The notes beneath the pieces are model-generated. The model searched no databases and had not been told where the DNA came from. It saw only the letters and a program-made list of their open reading frames with translations. A stretch of 64,000 nt of DNA, taken from Cirrosporium novae-zelandiae (lineage: Eukaryota). Positions 1 to 11,199 of this stretch are shown here, piece after piece; the stretch's first letter is position 1, and each line of letters starts with the position of its first letter. The stretch lies in contig JAPETS010000039.1 in assembly GCA_026023565.1 (NCBI GenBank), forward strand, positions 62,001 to 126,000, in the 5' to 3' direction. Both the position numbers and the translations under genes were made by a program.

Positions 1-1706
1 TAAATATGGCTTGCAGGGGGCGGGAAACGATGGCTTACACCTTTACAACTTCCCCTCCGATTTCCACCCAGCGACAAAATCCGTGGTTGGTAAGGATCCC
101 GATACCTCTAAAACGTAGCCACGAGCCTCGTGTTGAATCGATTTAGGACATGAAAATTATTGCATTTCTCCCAGGTCGGCTACAGCACGTTACCTTATGT
201 GTTACTGGGTGTATCATAAATCTTGGTTGGCAAGATTCAGGAACGCCAGGTGGAAAGCTGCATTTGGCAGTGAAATTATTCAATTCTCAATTGTCATGGC
301 GTGACTTGAGTTAAGCCTTGCGGAAGCATATTCTCCTAACAGGTCGATGAGGCATCTGTCTAAATATCGAATATTCAGACCGACGAATATGACCATAGTT
401 GCTCCATTATATGGCATTCACTCTCACCTAACCCATAACAGAGCAGAACAACAGCATTCCTGTCTTCAAGATGCACTCGCGATACACTCACGATACACAG
501 ATTTAATTCTTCTATCCAATGAGAGGCCTTACCGTTGTCGCTATGACTTGAATCGTGAAAATAGGCTTGAAATACTAGCGCAACTTACCGGGGCCCATGA
601 CTGGAGAAGCTATCGTCAGTTGACTTGGAAGCCTAAGCCTTTTGCAGGAATCAACCCCAGTCCTACAGAAGATTAAACGCATGCAGATTAATTTAGAAAC
701 ATTTTAGTTCCATCTGATGAATGAGAAAGAAGCAGATTGGTGGTAGTTGTTACACAACATGGCTGATTCTCCGTACAGAAAATTCAACCATTTTCGTCTT
801 CAGCCACTTTAATACCCAAAGTTTCTCCAACGTGGTTAGAAAGACCATGGATATATAACGGAATCATGTTATCAAGTTCAAGGTTCCCCGCATCTTACTA
901 TACTGCAGCCTCCCACCTTTGGGCCTCTTCGCAAACTTTTAAGATTTGTGGCTTTTGAAGAAAATCATCCTCACCAATAAAATTTCATTACCTTTTGCTT
1001 GTTCCATGTCGGCGATCAGGCTTACAGGATAACTATGGGGTTCTAGTTCTATCATATCATCTTCACAGCTACCATCTTACCAAAACAAGAGGTATGAGGC
1101 AATCATCATCTGCACAATCTTACTGTGCTAGTTCTGCCGTGCTCTTGATCGTGTCTCATTCATAGCATATGCATTTAACTTCCCATTTCAATTGTCTAGT
1201 TTATCGAGTATGCTAGCATTTAGATCCTTTCCGATATGATGTCCTTGATTTCAGATAATTATGTTTTTCAATATTCCTCCGCATTCGTCCTACACATAGC
1301 ATATTCATTACAACTTAGGTCCCTGACTAGCGCAGGGGATCACCTATCCCGCCATGAATTGTTATTACTCCCGAAATTCAATACCGAAGATGTCTTGCTG
1401 TAATGTTGAATCGAGCAAGTTGTACTACATTTTGTAGTTCTAATCCTCTTTCCACTATTCTATAGCACTGGGTGGATCGGTTCCGCCAGTATTCCATGGC
1501 TACGGACACTCCGATCCCTTCAGTTTTCTTCTTCGTGCCCATCTCATCATGATTCTCAGTCTAGGGAAAGGAAGTATAAAGCTTGGTCTATCTCCCATGG
1601 TTCTCACTCTCCTCATCGGATCATCCATCATCTCCACCATCCATAGCCAGGACAAGATTCATTCCCAAATTTTATCAGAACTTTATTTGTTCTTTATACC
1701 ATTAAG

Positions 1707-2867
1707 ATGTTCTCTCTCAACGTCCTTCCAATCGCCTTTTTGGGTTTGAGGTAGTCCTTACATCTTCTCCCTTGCATTCCAAGGGGCTAACACGCTAGCA
1801 GCCTTGTCTCCGCCAACCCGATCCCTGAGGCCCAACCAGGTGAAACCTACAGCGCTTACTTGGGCTCCACAACCGGAAGCAGCTGGGGAACAACCTCATC
1901 TGGCTGTGGCGCGGCTACTGTGACCATCCCCACTACAATCTTTTCAACGGTCACCCCAGAATCTTCCCCGATCAGCGGTCTTCAGACCTGCTCGGGATCG
2001 GAAATTACAAAATTCATTACCGAGACGGAAGCCGGAGCTGGCTCAACAGTTACAATTCCAGTTCCCACTACTCTTTACGACACTTTACCCGGTATGCACC
2101 AAATTCTCTTGCTTATATTTATATACAAATAATCAAACTAATACCCCGTAACAGGCGCAACAGTCTACGTAACTGATATCAGCACCGAGTTCGACGCAAC
2201 TACCGTTTATAGTGCAGGTATGTAAATTTATTATTTCCCCTCTTATATTCAAACACCCATCCATCTGGAATCCATTCAGCAATAACATAGCCCAACCCCC
2301 CATTTACAAACAAAACATGCCCCCTTCTAATTGATACTCACATCCGCCCTGTTTATAGGTCCTACCGTGACCGTCCCAGGTGGAACAACGACCCTGGTCT
2401 CAACAGTCCCAGGCGGAACGGAAACTGAAACCGTCTACGTAACCGAATACTCTACAGTTCCTGGAGGCGAGACAACAGTCACATTAGTTTCTACAGCCCT
2501 AGGTAGTGTATACACTGTGACCCTCCCTTGTGATGTATCTACTGTAACTGTCCCGGGTGGTGTATCTACCGTAACTGTTCCAGGTGCTGAGACCACGGTG
2601 ACTGTCCCAGGCGAAGGGACCACGGTAACACTCCCAGGCAGTGTATCTACCGTAACTGTTCCAGGCGACGTGACAACCGTAACCGTCCCAGGCGATGTAT
2701 CCACAATAACCGTCCCAGGTGCTGAGACCACGATGACTGTTCCAGGCGAAGGGACCACGGTAACACTCCCGGGCAGTGTATCTACCGTATACAGCGACTG
2801 CGGAAGCCCAACAACGCCGAGTACATCTTCCTCTGCATTGGGGACATATTCTACGGCATCTTGGTAA
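1707..2867 (+). CDS. Secreted Ser/Thr/Val/Pro/Gly-rich repeat protein (cell wall or adhesin-like), 4 exons
   Basis: ATG at 1707. Exons about 1707-1750, 1799-2091, 2155-2217 and 2359-2867, joined by GT..AG introns with ctaac-type branch sites. The spliced N-terminus MFSLNVLPIAFLGLSSLVSANPIPEAQP reads as a signal peptide. The C-terminal half is tandem (S/T)TVTVPG units. Confidence 0.8.
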
Positions 2868-3748
2868 AAGATGAGTAGTAGATGGAGATGATGATAATAA
2901 TGATGATTGCGACCTTATTCATTCGTTTGTTCCTTTCATTTCTTTTGGTTTATGAGGGGGGCGGGGGGGGTGAAGAAAATGGAAAGAAGGAGGGTTTCCT
3001 TTTCCATTCCTTGAAATGGGAATGGAATTGGGGTGGTGTGGGGAATAATATGAATAATGATGAGATTAATGATGAGATTGATGATGAGATTGATGATGAT
3101 GAATGAGGGGAAAAGGGAAAAGGAAAGAGGGGGGAGGGGGGTTGGCTCTGAAAAAACCAACTTTATCTACTATCCTTACAGAAGAAATGAGAGAATGCAA
3201 ATTTTTGAAATGTTGAATTGACGTTTATTATTGTTTTGTTATCCACTCCATCCCATCCACCCATTCTTTCTAACGTTGATTAGATGGTTCTAATAATTTA
3301 AACCCCAATTAATGTTCATTAGACCATCTCTCTATCTCTCTATCTCTCTATCTTGATACTCATACTACACGCACTTAGGGACGCACTTATAAGACGATGC
3401 GATATCGATAGCGTCTGATTACGAGAGGGCTGGAAATTGAAAGTTTATGGTTGACAATGTGACAAATATAACTGACTTGGTAGGTTCGGTTTTTAGTTAG
3501 TTCTTTATTCATACCATACCTCTGTCTGCTTGTTCCTTACCTCCGTTTTTATTTTTATTTTTGATATCGGGCCTGAACAAATGAATGAATGCATTATGTA
3601 TGTGCAAACCATGTATCATGCACCCCCCTCCCGTAGAACCAAGACGATGACGGCGACGAAGTTTAAACCTTGAAATTTTTCGAAAATATCCCAAATCTAG
3701 CAAGGCACTGTCTGTATAAGCACCCCCTCCCCCCCTCCCCCCAACAAA

Positions 3749-5225
3749 TCAAAGCTGAAATTTAGTCCTCTCCTTCTCCAACCCTCCCTTCCACTCCCAT
3801 TCCTGCCCGCTCATTCTTTGAATCCCTTTATCGATTCTCCTCAGCTTCAACGTAAATCTGGGCCCGAGCTCCTGCAAGCCGGCTCGGATGTCTTCAACCC
3901 CTTTTATTTTTTCGCCGTCAGCGCCAACAACGCTTTTTTCCGTGGGGCGCTTTGTGCGGAATATGTAACGGTGTCTAAAAGTTGGGGGGGAGGTGTGGCG
4001 GTTAGTTTTGTTTTTGGGGGGGGTTGGGGTTGGGGTTTGGGGTTTTGTTGTAAGGGAGGGAGGAAAGGAAAGGTACCTTCTCAGGAAAATATAGTCACGT
4101 TGGTTGTGTAAAGTCACGACCTGTCGACCCTGGAACTCGGGCTTCGGAGGGAATATCGTTTTAAACAGGTGAGCGGTCAGCAGACCGAGCGGGGTGCGGA
4201 ACCCATTCAATATTAATTCGGGAAAGTGCTCCGTGGGGTTTCCATGCCCTGGCAGCCGTTTCCCGTCGACCCAGTTTGAGACCGAGAAGTGAAATGTAGG
4301 GCCAGAAGGTAGGTGTACGATTGTGAGTCCGCAGGGACGTTTCTGGTCTTCTTCGAGTACGAATAGGGACGTGTATTGGCGGTTAGTCGCGAATTTTGCG
4401 ATTTCGCGCACAGAGAATTTGTGCCCGTAGCGGTGGGCGGAGCGGCGGATGTAAACAGAGTTGGGGACTAGACATGGAGGTTAGTTCAATGAGTATGCTT
4501 TGTAGGGGAGGTGTTTGAAGGGGTCTGACTTAGGGTTGTGAGTAGTTTGGCTTGGTGATGTCTATCAATGGTTCCTATTAGTATGGGTATTTTGAGAATG
4601 GAATTATAGCCCGGACTATAACTTACAGGGTGGAGTTTATAGAAGTGGTGACGAGCACTTTGGGCATGATTGCAGCATCATTATTAAAAAGACTTGGGTA
4701 TTTGTTTGCTAGGGCCTCGGGAGTGAGGTTGAGATTGGTACTACGGGTAGACTGAACTGGTGAGGTTGCACGTTCTGTCGCAGTGGGAAGAGCGTTGGAG
4801 GAAAGCAGTCTCGTGGATTGTGCATCTTCCGTCTCTTCTTCATCGTCTTCACTTTCAGGATCCAGCATACTATCCTGGTCGTCCTCCGATCCATCTTCGT
4901 CGTCATGTATGTCTTCTCCATTGAGCTCTTCATCTTCCTCGGTCCTTTGCCTCTTTAATCTTTCTACATCAACGCTCAATCCAATTCCGTCTTCGACATC
5001 ACTATCGGCATCATCCCATACTCTTTTCCTTTCTAAGGTCAAAGGTATATTTCGTCGTAATCGATCCGTTCGTAAGTTAGGATCTTTAGCTTCCTCTTTC
5101 TTTTTACGAAAGCGCTCGGTGCGTCTTGCGACATCTTTATCTCTTTTTCGCTGGATGTGCTGTAATTGGCGCCGCTCTTTGTTTGCGGGCTTCCTCGTTA
5201 GTGAGCCAACAGTATGGAGCTTCAT
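3749..5225 (-). CDS. RPF1: Brix-domain 60S ribosome biogenesis factor Rpf1
   Basis: Charged N-terminus, then spliced Brix domain (VLVTTSINSTLHHQAKLLTTLIPNSVY, GPTFHF, PELILNGFRTPLG, RQVVTLHNQRDYIF, LQELGPRFTLKL, EWEWK). Three introns at about 4563-4626, 4468-4529 and 3975-4076. Confidence 0.9.
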
Positions 5226-5399
5226 AATGGACAATGGACTTGTTGTAGCAGATCCATGGTACCTTGGTGGAAGCTAGAAAAATTATTAAGGTTCCTGAGA
5301 ATAAACTTCTCCCCACAGCAAACAGTGCAAACAATGCAAACATATCTATCTCCAGGATTTTGAGCAATGCCTTCAATGAGAAGTGGCCAGATGATTTAA

Positions 5400-7300
5400 T
5401 ATTCTATTTCTCACTCTATTATTTGTCTAAGCAGAACACACGAAAAGGCTTATGCATTTCGAAGGAAACCTAAAAACTCTTGAGTATAACAAAGAATGAT
5501 CCTCCATGATCTTCACCTTGCCCGTGAACAGCATCCTGCAAATCCTCTTTTTCTGTAAACTGAGATCTTGGAGTGCTCGTGTAGAATTTGCTTGCCTCAT
5601 TTTGTCTAACATACCTTGGAGAATGCCTTATTTCAGTCTTTCAGAGTCAAGTTATGCTTCCCAGCTTATACGTCTCCCTTTCTTCCGGAAGACTTCCCTG
5701 CGGCGACGCAGAATCCCATCCCGTGGCCTTGCAGTTTCTCCATCCTTGTTCTATACTTAATACATGTGCGCTCTAAAGTCATAGGATTAGATTCAGTTAA
5801 CTAACCGGCTCATAGCTTCTAGGTACCCCCCTTGGATTTTGGAAGCTCAAAGCCCCAAATCTCCTAGCCTTATATACCCACTACTATTCATCCTTCATCC
5901 TCGAGGAAATCTACTCGCTCGGTGGAAATACCTGTGTTGCTGAGCCTTTCGAATTGGAATAGTATCTCTGGACGATATTCTAATCCACCCCAATGACAAT
6001 GTGGTTCATAGACTACTGTTCCATCCCAAGGCTCTTGTTCCTGTGCAGGTTCATGGTCTATAAAAGTATAAGTCAACTTAATTTATTTAAATGGCAAACT
6101 GCATATGCTTACCCCATGTAATAGGCTCCTAAACTACTTCCATCGATACAAGGAACCGTCATGCTATTCTGTACTCTCCCTCAAAGAGATATACAGCTTC
6201 ACCTAGTAACTTTTAGCAGTATTCTTCGTGTTGTTGGTTACCTACATACGAGTTTCTCTAGTTTGGTTAGTGGCGATTACTCCATCTTTCATCAAGATAA
6301 AATGGACATCCTTCGTGCCCTAGGGTGATATTAACGTTCGTGTTAATGATATGGGCTTTTGGGCTCATGTTTTGAAGCTGATTTGCTCTGCTAGCCTATC
6401 TCTGATGTCTCTGACGGGAACTTGGAAGACATTGGATCTGAGGATAGGAGAGATTTAGGGGAAGAAAGCTTATGTTTGAGAGCTTGAGGAGTAAAAGAGC
6501 TTAGGTATGAGGGACTCATTGGTAAGAGGATTTCAGGGCAAGAATGCTCAAGAATAAAATCTAAAGTCTGAAAATACCAGACGAAGTATTAGGTGAATTA
6601 TAAACTGCCACTGGGTATGACTAATGGTCAGAGTCTCAGGTAGAAAAGCATTACAAAACTAAGTAAAGGTACAACACATAGGACAAGTAAAAAGCGAATT
6701 CGAGTATAAGTGCGTGTTGGGTTGGATATTTCAACAACTATTAACACAGCTTCCGATTGAATACTTTTATGGGAAAGAATCATCTTCAAGAAGATTTGGA
6801 GATATGTAAGCAGGGGCGTGAGTTGTACTCAGTAAGTATCATAACCGGTATTTTCCAGTTTCGTTACTTGTCCCACCCTTCCAGTTGTTCCACCTCTGTA
6901 AATCAGCGAAATATACTCAGTATGATACCTTTTTAACTAGCTCTAGTTAAATTCCGAGACCCACACCCTACTAATACTTGCCAAGCCCTATATTTTTACT
7001 TATTGTGATTATAAACAACGCCAAATCCCTTTCGCAGAGTAAGAGATGTCCATGCCAAGAGAAGTTGCCATCCGATAGTTTTTCAGCTGCGGAGTAAAGA
7101 ACGCCATGAATTTTGATATCTAGTCGAGAAATAACTTGATGAAACCCTTGGTAAAATCTAGGAAACCCATGCTTAATAAACGAAAGATGAAGCGTTTGAC
7201 AAACTGAGAATATTTTCTGTACCGTGGACAGCTGATCAAACAAAGTCGGAAATATAACCGGCGGAAATCAAGTTATACCTGGGCCATTGAGCATTCATAT
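5400..7300 (-). pseudogene. Possible decayed multi-exon gene of unknown family
   Basis: Minus-strand donor/branch/acceptor signals (gtaagc, gtatgt, ttgac..tatag) delimit exon-sized blocks whose protein-like frames are broken by several stops. No family recognised. Confidence 0.35.
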
Positions 7301-7963
7301 TTTGTATAAGCACGTGCGCTCGGAAAAGCCGGAGACGCCGCTGTCCTCCTGATTCGGTACCCAGCTTTCATCACCCACGTCCACACCCACGACTTGTACC
7401 CGCTTAGGTGTCGTCATCCTGTATTAAATACTAGTAACTGGATCATGAAGCAAAAGAAAATAGCCACAGGTTACGCAAGACAAGATATCTAATGACTTCA
7501 AGTAAATACAATGCAGAACAGGATTGTAATGGCGATGAATGACATCAGACCTAGGGCTATGTGAGATTTGCCTAAAAGAGTCATCGGCATTCGGAGATTA
7601 AATTTGATGATAGGTCCGAGCCGTCCGGATGAGATATACGATAAGGCTGAACCGAGGTCACGGAGATCAGGAACGCAAGGGACAAAAGGCTCTGTCTCAC
7701 ATGTATGGAAGACTTTTTTGATTGGAGTATCGGAGTGATGTCACCCCCAGTACCACAGTACTTCCGTCTGCAAAACTTGGCCTTTGAAAACAAGTCCGAA
7801 GTCACAGGTACCGTTGTACCCGAGTAGATAGATGTATTGAGGCCGATTGCTTTATAAGTCTGCCTGTTCTCGTGACACTTGAGTATTATTTTCTCCTCTT
7901 CTGCAAACTTTTATTATTTTATTGTATGTCTTTCCATTTCCTGGACATGTCCATGCAATAGCC

Positions 7964-9661
7964 ATGGCCTCTCCTGCTCCCTCTCACCAAGAGGTTCTAC
8001 GAACATTGATCAAAAGCCATGAGGCCCTCCTACGCGCTGGCGAAATTCAGCCCTGGGTATTACCAGGTAGTGGTCTAGGAGTTATTTTACTGGTCCTTTA
8101 TCTAATCATACCACATGGCAACAGCAAGCTCTTCCGATATGCGAAATACCCTGCCTTTGCCATCTGCACCTACTTACTCTTCGTCACCATCAGAGATACC
8201 AGAGCTATTGGCCTTGCGCATGGATATGGGATTGGGTTGATATACTCTTGGTTCATCATTTGGGGAGCCGTATTGGTCCTGGTCGAAGATCCTCAGAGAG
8301 ACTATAAGAGAATCGAATTCCGCGAAGCCTACCAGAATGAACAAGACAAGGAAATCAATGGTATACTAAGCAGCGGAGCATCTACCATTTCGGACGATGG
8401 TTCTTCAAGTAGTTCCGAACTCGAGATCAGGAGAAGGAATTCCGTGAAAGAAGCACAAGGAAATGGTCATATACATTTTTCCAATGGCACTGCTGAGATG
8501 ACACCTGAGCACTCTAGATCACCTTCACCCCAGAAGGGTGGTCATTTCGTGTGGCAGCCATTTCCTAAGGACTCATTCGCTCATCGGTTTGAATGGGTCC
8601 TTGATGTGTTCTTCAACTTCCAAGGTACTGGCTGGAATTGGTTAATCTCTAGCCTACCACCTCCCCCACCTTCAGTCCAGCATGAACTCGAGGAGCCCTA
8701 TACTCCACCCCCTGAACCCCCAAGGCATCGCCGCAAAAGCAGAACTGGGAATATCGCTCATCCTACCACGCGCGCACTTATATCCTCCTCCATCGTGACA
8801 TCTGTTGTCTGTTATCTTGCCTGCGATATTATTTTCAATTATATTGTTCCTGCAGACGCCTACTTCTATACTGGAGATCCGTTGGCAAAAGCAACCTGGC
8901 TACCTGAAAGTATCAATTCGAATCCCATCCTCCTGCGTTGCTACCGTCTCCTTATGCTGGATATCATAATCTACTTCTTCCTCACTCTCGTATTCAACCA
9001 ACCTCCTTTATTTTTCGCCGGCCTCCTTCCTCTGATATCATCATCGGCGAGGAAAGCCACTCGCTCCGAACCCTGGATGCATCCTACAGCCTTTGGTTCC
9101 TTCTCCATGATTCTTGACCGCGGCCTTGCTGGCTACTGGGGTGGTTGGTGGCACCAAAGTTTCCGCTTCTCCATCTCCGCCCCATCCATTCACATCATCC
9201 GCAAACTCGGTTGGAGCAGACGTTCGGTTGCTGCACAATCCCTCCAATCGATCATCGCCTTTTCTCTGACCGGATTCATCCACGCCTGCGCAACATACAC
9301 CGACATAAGCCCAACAACTCAACCTCTCAATCCCTTCCTCTTCTTCATCTTCCAAGCCTTCGGCATGATCTTCCAACAAACCATCATTAGAACGACCCGC
9401 ACCTTCGCACCAAGTATTTATAACAAGCCAACTCGTTCGATGAAGAGATTCCTTAACCTAATATACACTGCTGGTTGGCTATACCTAACAGCGCCATTTC
9501 TAGCAGATGACTTTGGAAAAGCCGCACTTTGGCTATTTAGCCCATTGCCAGTCAGCGTGGTGAGGTGGAGAAAAGGAGAAGGCTTCTGGTGCTGGGGAGG
9601 AAAATGGGTTTACTGGTATACGGGCCAGCACTGGTGGCAGAGCGGCTTGGCTTTTTGGTAG
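7964..9661 (+). CDS. Membrane-bound O-acyltransferase (MBOAT_2 / wax-synthase domain, Tri7-like), intronless
   Basis: Many hydrophobic segments. Motifs F(Q/R)GTGWNW, ILDRGLAGYWGGWWHQSFR, AFSLTGFIHA (candidate catalytic His) and FFIFQAFG. First ATG at 7964; the ORF track starts earlier at a TTG. Confidence 0.8.
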   Translation: MASPAPSHQEVLRTLIKSHEALLRAGEIQPWVLPGSGLGVILLVLYLIIPHGNSKLFRYAKYPAFAICTYLLFVTIRDTRAIGLAHGYGIGLIYSWFIIWGAVLVLVEDPQRDYKRIEFREAYQNEQDKEINGILSSGASTISDDGSSSSSELEIRRRNSVKEAQGNGHIHFSNGTAEMTPEHSRSPSPQKGGHFVWQPFPKDSFAHRFEWVLDVFFNFQGTGWNWLISSLPPPPPSVQHELEEPYTPPPEPPRHRRKSRTGNIAHPTTRALISSSIVTSVVCYLACDIIFNYIVPADAYFYTGDPLAKATWLPESINSNPILLRCYRLLMLDIIIYFFLTLVFNQPPLFFAGLLPLISSSARKATRSEPWMHPTAFGSFSMILDRGLAGYWGGWWHQSFRFSISAPSIHIIRKLGWSRRSVAAQSLQSIIAFSLTGFIHACATYTDISPTTQPLNPFLFFIFQAFGMIFQQTIIRTTRTFAPSIYNKPTRSMKRFLNLIYTAGWLYLTAPFLADDFGKAALWLFSPLPVSVVRWRKGEGFWCWGGKWVYWYTGQHWWQSGLAFW

Positions 9662-9807
9662 TTGAAGGAGGAGAAAAGACGTTGCTACTGGTAGGTACGA
9701 AATGAACATTATGAGGGTGGTGGATATAATATCCATGGATACCTATGAACCTCCGCCACGGAATCGAAACGACCAGCGAGCGGTATCGGATTGCATTACA
9801 TGCATAC

Positions 9808-9831
9808 ATCATCATCATCATCATCATCATC
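9808..9831. repeat. (ATC)n microsatellite
   Basis: Run of atc units downstream of the MBOAT gene. Confidence 0.85.
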
Positions 9832-11199
9832 GAACGTGAGCGTTCTCATTATTTTTATCGTTTTCGTTATCAGCATCGGCATCAGCATTGCACCATTTTT
9901 TATTATTATATCCCCTATGCGTGTACGAAAGTAACGAGTCCTTTGAAAAGAAAGAAAAATTCGCATAGCGTGTGCAAGCAAGCATAACATAGCATAGCAT
10001 GAAGCGTTCTTTTTCTTGTATTGTTCTTTGAATGAAGCGCGGAGTTCTTTTTTGGGGGTGGGAGAGAGGAGGGGGGCTAAAAAAGGAACGGAACAGATGG
10101 AGTTTTTTCTTTTTTTTCCCTTTGAATTGCATTTATTCCTTTACCCCAATTCTAACTCAACTCTGGTTGTTAAATTTACCACCATTACTAGTTTTGGTTT
10201 TTTTTCCCCTGACTTTTTGATCGGGGGGGGGGGATGTTATATCATGTCAAAGACGTGTATGTGTGGTTTTCGAATGTGCTTTTTGTATTGCAATATTGCA
10301 TATGATACCATGAATGAGCAACACTTTTTCGGGTTTTTGGGATATCTATTATTGCATACACAACATGTATATTTAGTTTGTTTGTTTTGCTTTGCTTATC
10401 TAGCTTAGGTTACTGTTTTTTTATCTTATTTATGAATGAAAACCTTGGGTTTAGTTTATTATTATTGTTGAAAAGTAATGGGGGGGATGTAGAATAGGGG
10501 AGAGTAAGTAGTACCGAGTAGTAAAAAAACAGAAAGAAAGAAGAATCGTAGATATCGCTTCATTCATCGATTACTTATAACTTATAACTCATAATTTGTA
10601 ACCGCCCTCCTCCTCCTCCCAAATAGGCCTCGCTCGGTCTAAGTATTAAACTAAAGTATCTAGAACTACCCTTTTCGAATATCTACATAGGTACGTATTT
10701 GTCGTATCTATATCTATACCTCCCTTCCTCCCTCCCTCCCTACACCACCACACATATACTTAACCACCCCCCATCAAAATTCAACAATAAGTTCTAATCC
10801 CCAATCCTCAACTATCTATCTTTACTTTGGCTTCAGCTTTAGCATTTCGTTTTACAATCATCATTATAATTGTTAACTGTGTTGTTATTTGTTGTTTTGT
10901 TCTAAGTGCAAAGAAAGAAAGAAATAACTTAATTGCTCCAATCTACTAGCTATAAGATTGAGATTAAGATTAGACATGGATAGAGAATAATCTAGAATCT
11001 AGGGCTTTTGCTTTTTTTGGGCGAAGGGGAAAATCTGGGATGAATCATAGGATAATCTTTTTTGGGGGCTGGGAAGGGGGAAGAGGAAGGGGGAGTTTAG
11101 ATATCTTCGTGTTTGCTTTTATATCTCTCTCTATATATATACATCTATCTCAATATTCCCTCTGGAAAGGAAAAAAAAACTTTTTATTTATTTTCATCG

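Noticed and set aside
347..676. 109-aa ORF preceded by an acceptor-like ctaacag
   Set aside because: No recognisable motif and no consistent gene model; it may be a relic, but I cannot support a call.
2360..2800. Regularly spaced repeats as a possible CRISPR array
   Set aside because: In-frame degenerate coding repeats without unique spacers, in a eukaryotic gene.
5400..7300. Stop-codon reassignment or A-to-I editing as the cause of in-frame stops
   Set aside because: All three stop types occur here and terminate normal genes elsewhere in the window; decay is the simpler explanation.
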